IMG/VR virus record: IMGVR_UViG_3300009184_000029
Location: 62,001-126,000 of that record
Length of the DNA stretch: 64,000 bases
Direction: 5' to 3' (one strand)
A model generated the notes under the pieces. It was given only the letters and a program-made list of their open reading frames with translations, was not told the origin of the DNA and searched no databases. Position numbers and translations under genes: made by a program. Shown piece after piece: positions 1 through 8,775 of this stretch; positions within the stretch are counted from its first letter, which is position 1, and every line of letters starts with the position of its first letter.

Positions 1-1432
1 CATCGAATAATACAACTGAATATGGTTTTGTTTTAACTTGTTCAGTTAATTGACCACCTTCTTCATACCCAATATAACCAGGAGGTGAACCTATTAATCT
101 TGAAACACTGTGTTTTTCTTGGAATTCACTCATGTCAACCCTGATTAAATTATTATCACTTCCAAAAATTTGTTTTGCAAGTTCTTTGGCGAGTAATGTT
201 TTACCAACACCTGTCGAACCTAAAAATATGAATGAACCAATTGGTTTGTTAGGGTCTTTAATACCTAAACGATTTCTTCTTATCGATTTTGAAATTTTTT
301 GAATCGCTTCTTTTTGACCAATGACAGATTTATTTAATTCTTCTTCCAAATTAATTAAAGCATTTTTATCATCCAAAGTTAATTTTGTCAAAGGTATTTT
401 TGTCATCATTGATACTACCTCATAAACTAATTCATCTGAAATATCTTTTCTATTATTCAATAAATCCTGTTCAAATTTCTTTTTTTCAGTTTCTAATTGT
501 CCAATAATCTTTTTTTCTTTGTCCCTAAGACTTGCGGCCTCTTCATAATTTTGTTTCTTAACAACTGTTATTTTGAGTTGTCTAATTTCCTGAGCTTTCT
601 TTTTTAATTCCTCAATAATTTCAGGATTCTTAACATCAACCTGTGCTCTTGCTCCAACTTCGTCTAATATATCAAACGCTTTATCAGGAAATTCTCTATC
701 TGTAATATATCTTTCCGCTAAATCGACACAAATTTGTAAAATTTCATCAGAATATTTTACTTTATGGTAATTTTCATATTTGTCCCTAACATTTTTTAAT
801 ATTTGTAAAGTTTCATCTTTTGTGGATGAATTAACAATTACTTTTTGAAATCTTCTATCTAAAGCACCATCCTTTTCAATTTGTTTTTTGTATTCATCTA
901 AAGTTGTTGCACCAATACATTGAATTTCTCCTCTTGATAATGCAGGTTTTAAAATATTAGATGCGTCTAAGGTACCTGAAGCGTTACCCGCTCCAACTAT
1001 AGTATGAATCTCATCAATGAATAATATTACGTTTGGATTTGCTTGAATTTCCTCCAATATCACCTTCAATCTTTCTTCAAATTGTCCTCTATATTTAGTA
1101 CCGGCAACAACTGAATTTAATTCTAACGATAAAATTCTTTTATCTAATAGATTTCGTGGGCAATCTCCTTCAAATATTTTCATTGCCAATCCCTCAACAA
1201 TTGCGGTTTTACCACACCCTGGTTCTCCAATAATAATTGGGTTATTCTTTTTACGTCTAGATAAAATTTGCGCAATTCTAACTATTTCAGTCTCCCTACC
1301 AATTACAGGGTCCAATTTACCTTCTTCCGCAAGTTTGATTAAATCCTTACTGAAGTTATCTAAAACTGGTGTTTGTGAACCACTATCATTATTTTTTGAA
1401 GGTTTAGAACCTTCCCCGATTGAATCTGTCAT
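1..1432 (-). CDS. clpC: ClpC/ClpA-like AAA+ Clp ATPase, 3'-truncated by window edge, no N-terminal Clp-repeat domain
   Basis: Manual translation from ATG at 1432: [22 protein letters not shown], Walker A GEPGCGKT, Walker B IIFIDEIH, CIGATT, FPDKAFD, UVR-like [11 protein letters not shown], second Walker [18 protein letters not shown]. Missing from the ORF track because it lacks a stop in the window. Confidence 0.93.
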   Translation of the reverse strand, partial: MTDSIGEGSKPSKNNDSGSQTPVLDNFSKDLIKLAEEGKLDPVIGRETEIVRIAQILSRRKKNNPIIIGEPGCGKTAIVEGLAMKIFEGDCPRNLLDKRILSLELNSVVAGTKYRGQFEERLKVILEEIQANPNVILFIDEIHTIVGAGNASGTLDASNILKPALSRGEIQCIGATTLDEYKKQIEKDGALDRRFQKVIVNSSTKDETLQILKNVRDKYENYHKVKYSDEILQICVDLAERYITDREFPDKAFDILDEVGARAQVDVKNPEIIEELKKKAQEIRQLKITVVKKQNYEEAASLRDKEKKIIGQLETEKKKFEQDLLNNRKDISDELVYEVVSMMTKIPLTKLTLDDKNALINLEEELNKSVIGQKEAIQKISKSIRRNRLGIKDPNKPIGSFIFLGSTGVGKTLLAKELAKQIFGSDNNLIRVDMSEFQEKHSVSRLIGSPPGYIGYEEGGQLTEQVKTKPYSVVLFD

Positions 1433-1521
1433 AAATATTTTTTTAAAATTTTAGTAATAAAATTCATAAAATTCAATGATTAACTTTCTTAAAAAAATTA
1501 TTATATTTAAAATAAAAAAGT

Positions 1522-1764
1522 ATGGCAATCAAAAGAGAAATAATCGAAGGGACAAAAATAATTTGTGAAATCGAATCATCGAACATTGAAAAGACTACCT
1601 ATGATACCCAATCTAAGAAATTAGTAGTCGAGTTTAAAAATAATGTTGAGTACGAATATGAGGACGTACCACATCAATTGTATACACAGTTTAGAATATC
1701 TGAATCTCAAGGGGCTTTTTTCAATAAAAACATTTCAAAAAATTTTAAATATAAAAGATTGTAA
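1522..1764 (+). CDS. KTSC-domain protein
   Basis: 80 aa with IESSNI..YD....L.VEF.N...YEYEDVP...Y..F..SESQGAFFNKNI, the typical KTSC pattern. Confidence 0.88.
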   Translation: MAIKREIIEGTKIICEIESSNIEKTTYDTQSKKLVVEFKNNVEYEYEDVPHQLYTQFRISESQGAFFNKNISKNFKYKRL

Positions 1765-1773
1765 TAAATCGTA

Positions 1774-1781
1774 TATTTATA
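1774..1781 (+). promoter_or_regulatory. TATTTATA upstream motif (putative late promoter)
   Basis: Exact motif 4 nt before GTG at 1786. Confidence 0.5.
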
Positions 1782-1785
1782 ATTT

Positions 1786-2517
1786 GTGAGTGATAACATT
1801 TTAAAAAGCTTCGAAGTTAAAGAAACACTTAATCCCAAAGTTTGGGATGACTATAAATCTTTGGATAATGCCAAATTAAAATCTGACATTAGAAAAAGTC
1901 TTCTTCAGGTTGCTGAAGAATTTATTTATTTTGTAGATGTTGATTTGGAAATTAGTGATATCGTACTAATGGGTTCATTAGTTAACTTTAATTGGTCCAA
2001 TTTCTCAGATTTTGATTTACATGTTATTGCCGATTTTAATCAGTTTTCAAAAGAACAAAAAGATTTATATGAGCAGTTTTTTGATATGAAAAAGACACTG
2101 TTTAATATAAAACATAATATTAAAATTTTGGGATTTGAAGTTGAACTTTATTTACAGGATAAAAACTCAGCCCATTTTAGTGACGGTGTATATTCATTAA
2201 TTGATGATGAGTTTATTAGTAAACCAAAAAAAATCACAAATAAGATTAATACAAAATTATTACAGGATAAAGCAAAACAATGGATGAGTATTATTGATGG
2301 GGCGATTGATAACGCTAAAGATGAAGAATTACATACGTCAATTGAAATACTTAAAAAATATTATAAAAAACTAAAAAAATATAGACAGTGTGGTCTTGAA
2401 AAGGGTGGAGAGTTTTCTTTAGAAAATTTAGTTTTTAAATATTTGAGACGAAACGGATATGTTGGTAAATTGTTAGATTTTAGAAACGAAATATTTGATA
2501 AAAAAGTTTCAGCATAA
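1786..2517 (+). CDS. DNA polymerase beta superfamily nucleotidyltransferase
   Basis: hGS motif (VLMGSL) followed by SDFDLHV (DxD) and a later acidic residue (EVELY); helical C-terminus; GTG start. Confidence 0.75.
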   Translation: MSDNILKSFEVKETLNPKVWDDYKSLDNAKLKSDIRKSLLQVAEEFIYFVDVDLEISDIVLMGSLVNFNWSNFSDFDLHVIADFNQFSKEQKDLYEQFFDMKKTLFNIKHNIKILGFEVELYLQDKNSAHFSDGVYSLIDDEFISKPKKITNKINTKLLQDKAKQWMSIIDGAIDNAKDEELHTSIEILKKYYKKLKKYRQCGLEKGGEFSLENLVFKYLRRNGYVGKLLDFRNEIFDKKVSA

Positions 2518-2567
2518 TTACTTTATAAAACATTTAAATAATAAATTAAAAAAGTGATTTATTACTA

Positions 2568-2575
2568 TATTTATA
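2568..2575 (+). promoter_or_regulatory. TATTTATA upstream motif
   Basis: Exact motif 13 nt before ATG at 2589. Confidence 0.55.
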
Positions 2576-2588
2576 TATAAAAACTTTT

Positions 2589-2759
2589 ATGGCAAATACT
2601 AGTGCAGGAACTGCTTATAATATAATAAACGTATCAACGGGTGCTTGTGCTACTTGCACATCAACTATATCACCACATCCAGTTTGGTCAGATAATACAG
2701 GAGGAACAATTGTTCAAATGAGTATGATTACAATTGGAGGGTCAGGATTAAATAGCTAA
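2589..2759 (+). CDS. small 56-aa hypothetical protein (not in ORF track)
   Basis: MANTSAGTAYNIINVSTGACATCTSTISPHPVWSDNTGGTIVQMSMITIGGSGLNS*; fills the intergenic gap, preceded by TATTTATA, stop 4 nt before next ATG. Confidence 0.7.
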   Translation: MANTSAGTAYNIINVSTGACATCTSTISPHPVWSDNTGGTIVQMSMITIGGSGLNS

Positions 2760-2763
2760 AAAA

Positions 2764-4038
2764 ATGAGTAAATTAAAACCAATCGGAAGCGAAAAATTAG
2801 AGGGAAAGGCTAAATTGCAAAGAATGTTAGAAATTGCAAAATACAATGAAACCCCAAAAGAATCAATTAATGAAGTAACTTCAAAAGACTATTCTATTCA
2901 GTTATCTGATGGAAATGTTTATGAAATATATAAAGAAAAGAATGGTTATATTCTAAAGAAAAAAATCAATGAGTCTACTTCAGAATATTTGGAGCCAATG
3001 AAGAATAGAAAATACTATTCGTCTTATTCACAGGCTTTGAAAAGGTTAAATCTTTTAACTAAAGAGATTAACACTTTGACTGAACATTCTGAAAATATTT
3101 CATTGTTTGGAGAGTCTAAGCGTTTTTTTTTAAAGAGAGCTAAGGGTGGATACAACGATGAAACACCTGAAGGTGAATTAGAAGAGCAACCTACTCCTCC
3201 GGCAGCCCCTGTGGCACCAACACCTCCTCCACCACCTGTTGAAGATGAAATGGGTCCTGAGGAACCAATTGAACCTGTATCTGATGAAATGGGTCCTGAA
3301 GAACCAATTGAACCGGCATCTGATGAAATGGGAGGGGAAAAAAATGACCAATTTAAATTAATTCAAAAACTTGTGGGTAAATTAACTCAAAAGTTAAGGT
3401 CTAGAAGTGAAAATGATTTATTAACAAGTAAGGAAATTAAATATGTTTTAAACTCAGTAATTTCTTCTTTAGAATTAGATAATTTAGATGAGGAAGACAA
3501 AGAAGAGATTTTAGCGAGATTTGAACCTAATGAAGAAGGTGATGAAATGGGAATGGAAAGTGAAGAAGATTTTGGTGGAGAAGAACCTGTATCACCTGAA
3601 GAAACTCCAGTTCCTCCAGCGCCTGAAGGTGAAATGGAAGAAGGTATGTTCCATTCTGATAGATTTGAAAAAATCTCTAGCAAGTATCCTGATATGGATG
3701 ACACTGACAGACGTTTTAGAAGTAAAATAATGGATTCAGTTTTTGCTGAGTCTAAAGTTGATAAAGTATTATCAAAATACTTTGTAGTTAGTGAACTTGA
3801 AGAGAACATTCAAAAAAACAAGAAGAGAATAAAAGAAGAATATTACAACCAAAGAAAAAAAGAGATTGTTAGTGAGATTAGAAAATATTCTTTAACTAAT
3901 AAGCAACGTAGATTATCTGAAGAATTTATTGACACATTACCAATGATTAATTTTGTAGGTAGAACAAACAAAGGAAACTTAGTTTTTGAACACAAAAATA
4001 ATCAAGTTAAAATAAGTCCTGAAGGTAGAATTTTATGA
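2764..4038 (+). CDS. acidic Pro-rich hypothetical protein, probable prohead/internal head protein
   Basis: 424-aa ORF, Pro/Glu low-complexity middle, several (I/L)xE motifs, in the head gene block. Confidence 0.55.
   Translation: MSKLKPIGSEKLEGKAKLQRMLEIAKYNETPKESINEVTSKDYSIQLSDGNVYEIYKEKNGYILKKKINESTSEYLEPMKNRKYYSSYSQALKRLNLLTKEINTLTEHSENISLFGESKRFFLKRAKGGYNDETPEGELEEQPTPPAAPVAPTPPPPPVEDEMGPEEPIEPVSDEMGPEEPIEPASDEMGGEKNDQFKLIQKLVGKLTQKLRSRSENDLLTSKEIKYVLNSVISSLELDNLDEEDKEEILARFEPNEEGDEMGMESEEDFGGEEPVSPEETPVPPAPEGEMEEGMFHSDRFEKISSKYPDMDDTDRRFRSKIMDSVFAESKVDKVLSKYFVVSELEENIQKNKKRIKEEYYNQRKKEIVSEIRKYSLTNKQRRLSEEFIDTLPMINFVGRTNKGNLVFEHKNNQVKISPEGRIL
3244..3333 (+). repeat. 39-bp in-frame tandem repeat (2.3 copies, DEMGPEEPIEP(V/A)S)
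   Basis: gatgaaatgggtcctga.gaaccaattgaacc.g.atct at 3244 and 3283, partial copy at 3322. Confidence 0.9.
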
Positions 4039-4430
4039 GTCACCTAATTTATGTCAATGGATTAGGTCCAAACTATAAAGGTAATAGAATATATGAATTT
4101 ATATTTTCAAAAACTGATGAGTATTGGCAAGATGATTGGGATGGGGATATTGCAAATGGAAATCCTACACCTCCTGAGATTGAATCCATTGAGTTTATTG
4201 GTACTTTAAATAAAGAAGATATAGAGTTGGAATTAATACAAAATTCCGACTTTTTTAGTATGAAAGACGGGGTTGATAATGTGGTAGCTTTGGCTTGGGA
4301 AAAGGATAAAGATATTGAGAAACGTTTGGTTTTTCACTTCGGAGATTCTTTAGAAAAAGTGAAAGATAAATTGTATGAGAAAGATTTAATTTTAGATATT
4401 AAAAAAAATGAATACCAACTTGAAAAATAA
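4035..4430 (+). CDS. hypothetical protein
   Basis: 131-aa ORF, ATGA overlap with the upstream stop. Confidence 0.8.
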   Translation: MSHLIYVNGLGPNYKGNRIYEFIFSKTDEYWQDDWDGDIANGNPTPPEIESIEFIGTLNKEDIELELIQNSDFFSMKDGVDNVVALAWEKDKDIEKRLVFHFGDSLEKVKDKLYEKDLILDIKKNEYQLEK

Positions 4431-5229
4431 AATTAGAAACTTGCAAATTGCGGGTTTCAGTAATAAGACATTATCTTTGATGTCTGAGAATGATATTAAA
4501 AATCTTCATGGTTTAGTTTGTGAAGCTACAATGACTTACGATATTAAAAACAATCCAAAAGACAGTGAAAGTTATAACGCTTTACCACCTGATGTTAAAT
4601 CAAAAGGTTCAGTTGGTTCAGATGGGAAAATTGTGGTTCAGACAGAGTCTGAATTACAAGAAAAAGAAGAGGATAACGCTTGGGGTATTTGTACAAAATC
4701 AATAGGTGATAAAGTAGGTACTACAAAACGTTCAAAGTGGGGTAAGAAAATATTAGACAAGTACGAAAGATGTGTTAAACAAGTTAAAAAAGATATTAAA
4801 GAGGGTAGAGACCCATATAGAACTATCTTTGAAGAAAGAATGGAATCAATAATTGAAAACAAACTTTCCGCCCAAATTTCAAAAAAAGAATTGGTTGATT
4901 TGGTTAAAAATTACACTAAGAAAATTACAAATGAGGCGGAAATGGCTGACCCAATCACAAAACCTAAACCTGGTGTTAAACCTGGTACTGATACTGATTT
5001 TGACCCATTCATTAACCCTGACCCAAATGACCAACCTGAAGCTAAAAGAAGAAATATTAAATTTGGGGGACCTGCAGTAAAACCTAAACCCGGTGTTAAA
5101 CCTGGTACTGACACTGATTTTGACCCATTCATTAATCCGGACCCAAATGACCAACCTGAAGCTCGTTCATTTAACGTTAATAAATTTATGTCATTAGTTA
5201 AAAAGGCAGGATTATTAAAAAAGAAGTAA
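4408..5229 (+). CDS. hypothetical protein with duplicated 28-aa Pro/Asp module
   Basis: 273-aa ORF containing KPKPGVKPGTDTDFDPFINPDPNDQPEA twice. Confidence 0.8.
   Translation: MNTNLKNKIRNLQIAGFSNKTLSLMSENDIKNLHGLVCEATMTYDIKNNPKDSESYNALPPDVKSKGSVGSDGKIVVQTESELQEKEEDNAWGICTKSIGDKVGTTKRSKWGKKILDKYERCVKQVKKDIKEGRDPYRTIFEERMESIIENKLSAQISKKELVDLVKNYTKKITNEAEMADPITKPKPGVKPGTDTDFDPFINPDPNDQPEAKRRNIKFGGPAVKPKPGVKPGTDTDFDPFINPDPNDQPEARSFNVNKFMSLVKKAGLLKKK
4960..5163 (+). repeat. 84-bp direct repeat (4960-5043, 5080-5163)
   Basis: Near-identical copies differing only at synonymous positions. Confidence 0.92.
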
Positions 5230-5230
5230 T

Positions 5231-6793
5231 ATGAAATTAAATAGAAGACAATTACAAGAGGTACAAAGTCAAAAAAAATTAATTAATAAACTTAAAGGTT
5301 TACTTAATGAAGCTCCTCCGATGAGTTTTGGACCTGAAGTTGGTGGAGGTAGACCCGCAGCAAAATTACAAGGTAAAATAGAAAAAGGTGAACTACCTTT
5401 AAGTAAATTTGGATTAACTCAACCACAAGTTGACTTTTTCACTTCTCAAGCATTTAAAGATTCAATAGTTAATTTAGAAAGATTATTTAACAGATATTCA
5501 GGAATTGATAGAAGATTAGTTGCGGGAAATCAATCATTAAAGAGAGATGCCGAAACTGCATTTAGAGGACTTTATGATTTAGTTGGTCAACTATTACAAG
5601 AATTAATCCAATTACAAAGTAGAAATAAAGTTGCGTTAGAGGAAATCGCAGCTGAATCTGTTGAAAGGGCTATGGGGATTGATAGAGAATTTTTTAGTAA
5701 TAAATTAAAACTTGATGGAGAATTCACTACAGGATTTTTGAATAAGTTGAAAGGTATGAAAGAAAGAGTTCAAAATATCTCTGATGAAGAAATAATGGAA
5801 AAATTTGCAGATGTTGATGAGGAAAAGAAAGAGAAGTTGGAACAAATGAGAGATGAATTTGAAAGTGAGGGGATTGAATTTGATGAAGAAAAGGCAAAGG
5901 AGGCAATTGAGTCTACCTTTAAAATATCTCCTGATACTGCGGAAAGGGCGAAGAAGGAATTTTCAGATGAAGTTTCAAGAAGAATGATTATTAATTTATT
6001 CAGAAGAGGAATGGCTTTAAACTACGCCAACGCTTATGACATATGTAGTGAAAAGATTGAGGAATTACCTAACGGAGCTAGAATTATACAGTTATCTAAT
6101 ATATTACAACCAATCATGTTACACATGTATTGGTTATTCCCTGACATTGGTTCAGTAGGAAATTCAGGTGGAGGACAAATTGGACAAATTGAAGTACAAC
6201 CACCGAGTAACCAACAATCTGGTGGAGGTAATGATGAAGATGGGGAAGAAGAAGATGAAGAAGAAGATTCTTCTGAAAATCAACCACAAACTCCACAACA
6301 ACAATCAGGACCATTTATCATTAAAGCAAGAGCAATGACTTTACCTTTATTGGTCCATGAATTGGTTAAAGGTGTTATAATGTTCTTCACATCTGCAGGT
6401 GGTGAAAAATCTGAAAAGGGTGTATTAGCAAAAAAACAAGCCAGTTCATTAGAAATTGAAGCGTATGATTTAGTTTATGGAGAAAAATTCTTTTTAGAAT
6501 TTTACAAAGAGTTTAATAAAATTGTTCCTGACAAACAAGAACAAAGAGATTTAACTCCATTTGTTTTAAAATATTTATCTGAAGAAAAATATGAAACTTT
6601 AGTTGAGTTAGCAAAATCATTGTTTACATTAGGTTTATCTGATGCGGATTATGCGAACAATTATATAACTAATTTAGTTGAGAAATCTAAAAAATTACAA
6701 AAACAAATGGAAAAAAATCCTTCATATATGAAGAAAAAATATAAGGATGATTTTGAAGGTGATGATGACTATTTGTCGAGTTTAGGACTATAA
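5231..6793 (+). CDS. large hypothetical protein upstream of terminase
   Basis: 520-aa ORF with acidic/Gln linker; no confident family. Confidence 0.8.
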   Translation: MKLNRRQLQEVQSQKKLINKLKGLLNEAPPMSFGPEVGGGRPAAKLQGKIEKGELPLSKFGLTQPQVDFFTSQAFKDSIVNLERLFNRYSGIDRRLVAGNQSLKRDAETAFRGLYDLVGQLLQELIQLQSRNKVALEEIAAESVERAMGIDREFFSNKLKLDGEFTTGFLNKLKGMKERVQNISDEEIMEKFADVDEEKKEKLEQMRDEFESEGIEFDEEKAKEAIESTFKISPDTAERAKKEFSDEVSRRMIINLFRRGMALNYANAYDICSEKIEELPNGARIIQLSNILQPIMLHMYWLFPDIGSVGNSGGGQIGQIEVQPPSNQQSGGGNDEDGEEEDEEEDSSENQPQTPQQQSGPFIIKARAMTLPLLVHELVKGVIMFFTSAGGEKSEKGVLAKKQASSLEIEAYDLVYGEKFFLEFYKEFNKIVPDKQEQRDLTPFVLKYLSEEKYETLVELAKSLFTLGLSDADYANNYITNLVEKSKKLQKQMEKNPSYMKKKYKDDFEGDDDYLSSLGL

Positions 6794-6801
6794 AAAATTC
6801 A

Positions 6802-6829
6802 AATAAACCCCTCAGAAGAGGGGTTTATT
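6802..6829 (+). terminator. intrinsic terminator hairpin
   Basis: AATAAACCCCTC-agaa-GAGGGGTTTATT perfect 12-bp inverted repeat just after the stop at 6793. Confidence 0.85.
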
Positions 6830-6838
6830 ATTTTAAAG

Positions 6839-6846
6839 TATTTATA
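6839..6846 (+). promoter_or_regulatory. TATTTATA upstream motif
   Basis: Exact motif 6 nt before terminase ATG, right after a terminator. Confidence 0.6.
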
Positions 6847-6852
6847 CAATAT

Positions 6853-8601
6853 ATGAGTTTAACAAAAGAACAAGTTTTATTAGAGTATAGTAAATGTATG
6901 AAATCAACACCATACGCTCTGAAAACGTATTTACAAACGTATGATAATACGGTATCTAAATACGTTCCTTTGGAGTTATTTCCTGACCAACATACATTGA
7001 TTGATGATTATGAAAATTTTAATGAAAATATTGCATTAAAATATAGACAGGCTGGGGTTTCTACAGTAACTGCCGCATGGGCATCCAAAAGATTAGTATT
7101 TGCTTCAAAAAGTAAACCTGAAAAAATATTGATAATTGCTAATAAATTGGACACTGCGGTTGAAATGGCAAATAAAGTAAGGGGATTTACTGAACAATGG
7201 CCAAAATGGGTTGGTGTTACATTCTCCGCAGAAAAAAACTCACAAAGACATTTTAAACTTTCAAATGGATGTGAAGTTAAAGCAGTTGCAACATCTAAAG
7301 ATGCACTGAGAGGATATACTCCAACAATATTAGTTTTTGATGAAGCTGCGTATATTGAAGCAGATGGGGATTTTTGGGCGGCTTGTATGGCGTCTTTATC
7401 TACAGGTGGTAAAGTAATCGTAATATCAACACCAAATGGTTACGACGCAATTTACTATGAAATTTATGACCAAGCAATCAGAGGTATGAATGAATTTAAA
7501 ATTTCTGAAATGGCTTGGTTTAAAGACCCAAGATATGCTAAGGACTTACATTTGGTCAAAGTAAAAGATATTATTCATTATTTTTTAAATCGAGATGAAT
7601 ATAAAGAAGTTGAAATTATTGAATATAAAGATAAGGAGAAAAATTTTGATGAAATAAAAAATTTAATCTCTGAAGGATACAAACCATGTTCTAGTTGGTA
7701 TGAGAAAATGGTTAAAAAACTTAAATACGATAAACGAAAAGTTAACCAAGAACTTGAGTGTCAATTTTTAGGTTCAGGGGATAACGTATTTGATTCCAAT
7801 GTACTTGACTCAATAAGGACAGATATGGTCAAAGACCCTTCATCTAAATTTATGGGGGGGAGTGTGTGGATTTGGAAAGAACCTGTTATGGGTAAAAAAT
7901 ATATAATGGGTGTTGACGTTTCAAGAGGAGACAGTGAAGATTATTCAACTTTTGAAATATTAGATTTTGAATCACGAGAACAAGTTGCAGAATACATAGG
8001 AAAAGTCCCTCCCGATATTTTAGCGGAAATTTGTTATAAATGGGGACAAATGTATAGTGCGTTTATTGTTGTCGATATAACCGGTGGAATGGGTGTCACT
8101 ACCTCAAGAAAATTACAAGAATTAGGTTATCGAGATTTATATGTTGATGGTATAGACGCCACCAACAGATGGAAGTATGACCCAAAAACACAAGATAAAA
8201 TTCCTGGAATTAATTTCAACTCAAAAAGAGTTCAAATAGTTGCATCGTTTGAAGAGTACATTAGACATGGATTGAAAATCTATTCATCAAGACTATTGAA
8301 TGAAATGAACACATTTGTTTATATAAATGGAAGACCTGACCATCAGAGAGGTCAACACGACGATTTAATCATGTCAATTGCAATGTGTTGTTATGTTGGT
8401 GAATCTTCTTTCACTCAATTAACAAAGGTTACCGAACAAGCAAAAGTTATGATAGATTCTTGGCAAGTTAATTCATCAGTACCTGAATCAAGAAGTAGAT
8501 TTTTTGACCCAGTATTTGAACAATACGGACAAGCAAAGAAAAATGAAGCAACAAAAAATGATTATGAAAACTATTTATGGTTATTCGGAGGACGTAGATA
8601 A
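6853..8601 (+). CDS. terL: terminase large subunit (T4 gp17-like)
   Basis: Deviant Walker A LKYRQAGVST, Walker B ILVFDEAAYI, ISTPNG coupling motif, QELECQFLGSG, RNase H-like MGVDVSRGD and HDDLIMS; adjacent to portal. Confidence 0.95.
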   Translation: MSLTKEQVLLEYSKCMKSTPYALKTYLQTYDNTVSKYVPLELFPDQHTLIDDYENFNENIALKYRQAGVSTVTAAWASKRLVFASKSKPEKILIIANKLDTAVEMANKVRGFTEQWPKWVGVTFSAEKNSQRHFKLSNGCEVKAVATSKDALRGYTPTILVFDEAAYIEADGDFWAACMASLSTGGKVIVISTPNGYDAIYYEIYDQAIRGMNEFKISEMAWFKDPRYAKDLHLVKVKDIIHYFLNRDEYKEVEIIEYKDKEKNFDEIKNLISEGYKPCSSWYEKMVKKLKYDKRKVNQELECQFLGSGDNVFDSNVLDSIRTDMVKDPSSKFMGGSVWIWKEPVMGKKYIMGVDVSRGDSEDYSTFEILDFESREQVAEYIGKVPPDILAEICYKWGQMYSAFIVVDITGGMGVTTSRKLQELGYRDLYVDGIDATNRWKYDPKTQDKIPGINFNSKRVQIVASFEEYIRHGLKIYSSRLLNEMNTFVYINGRPDHQRGQHDDLIMSIAMCCYVGESSFTQLTKVTEQAKVMIDSWQVNSSVPESRSRFFDPVFEQYGQAKKNEATKNDYENYLWLFGGRR

Positions 8602-8729
8602 TGGGATACATTGCAAGAAAAACATCAGGTAAATCAGTCGGAGGGTCAAAATTAAATGTCCCAGGACAAGGTATTTTAGCGGTTAAAAATAGTGATAGTA
8701 ATAAAAATATTACAAAACCTAAAAATTAA
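8601..8729 (+). CDS. small basic 42-aa protein (not in ORF track)
   Basis: TAATG overlap with the terL stop; MGYIARKTSGKSVGGSKLNVPGQGILAVKNSDSNKNITKPKN*. Confidence 0.6.
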   Translation: MGYIARKTSGKSVGGSKLNVPGQGILAVKNSDSNKNITKPKN

Positions 8730-8775
8730 TAAATTATATTCACAAATCTGCTAAAATAAATTATTTTTAAAATAT

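Noticed and set aside
1430-1440. TATTTAT motif at the clpC start
   Set aside because: It overlaps the ATG itself (TATTTATG), so it is probably a chance match.
3244-5163. CRISPR array or mini-array
   Set aside because: The repeats are in-frame coding duplications without unique spacers; no cas genes.
5231-6793. Small terminase or metallopeptidase call for the ORF upstream of terL
   Set aside because: 520 aa is too large for a typical TerS, and HELVK lacks the second His of HExxH.
6853-8601. Inactive terminase (Walker A lacks GKT/S) or intein
   Set aside because: KxRQxG(V/I/F)ST is a known deviant terminase Walker A; length is normal and no intein motifs were noticed.
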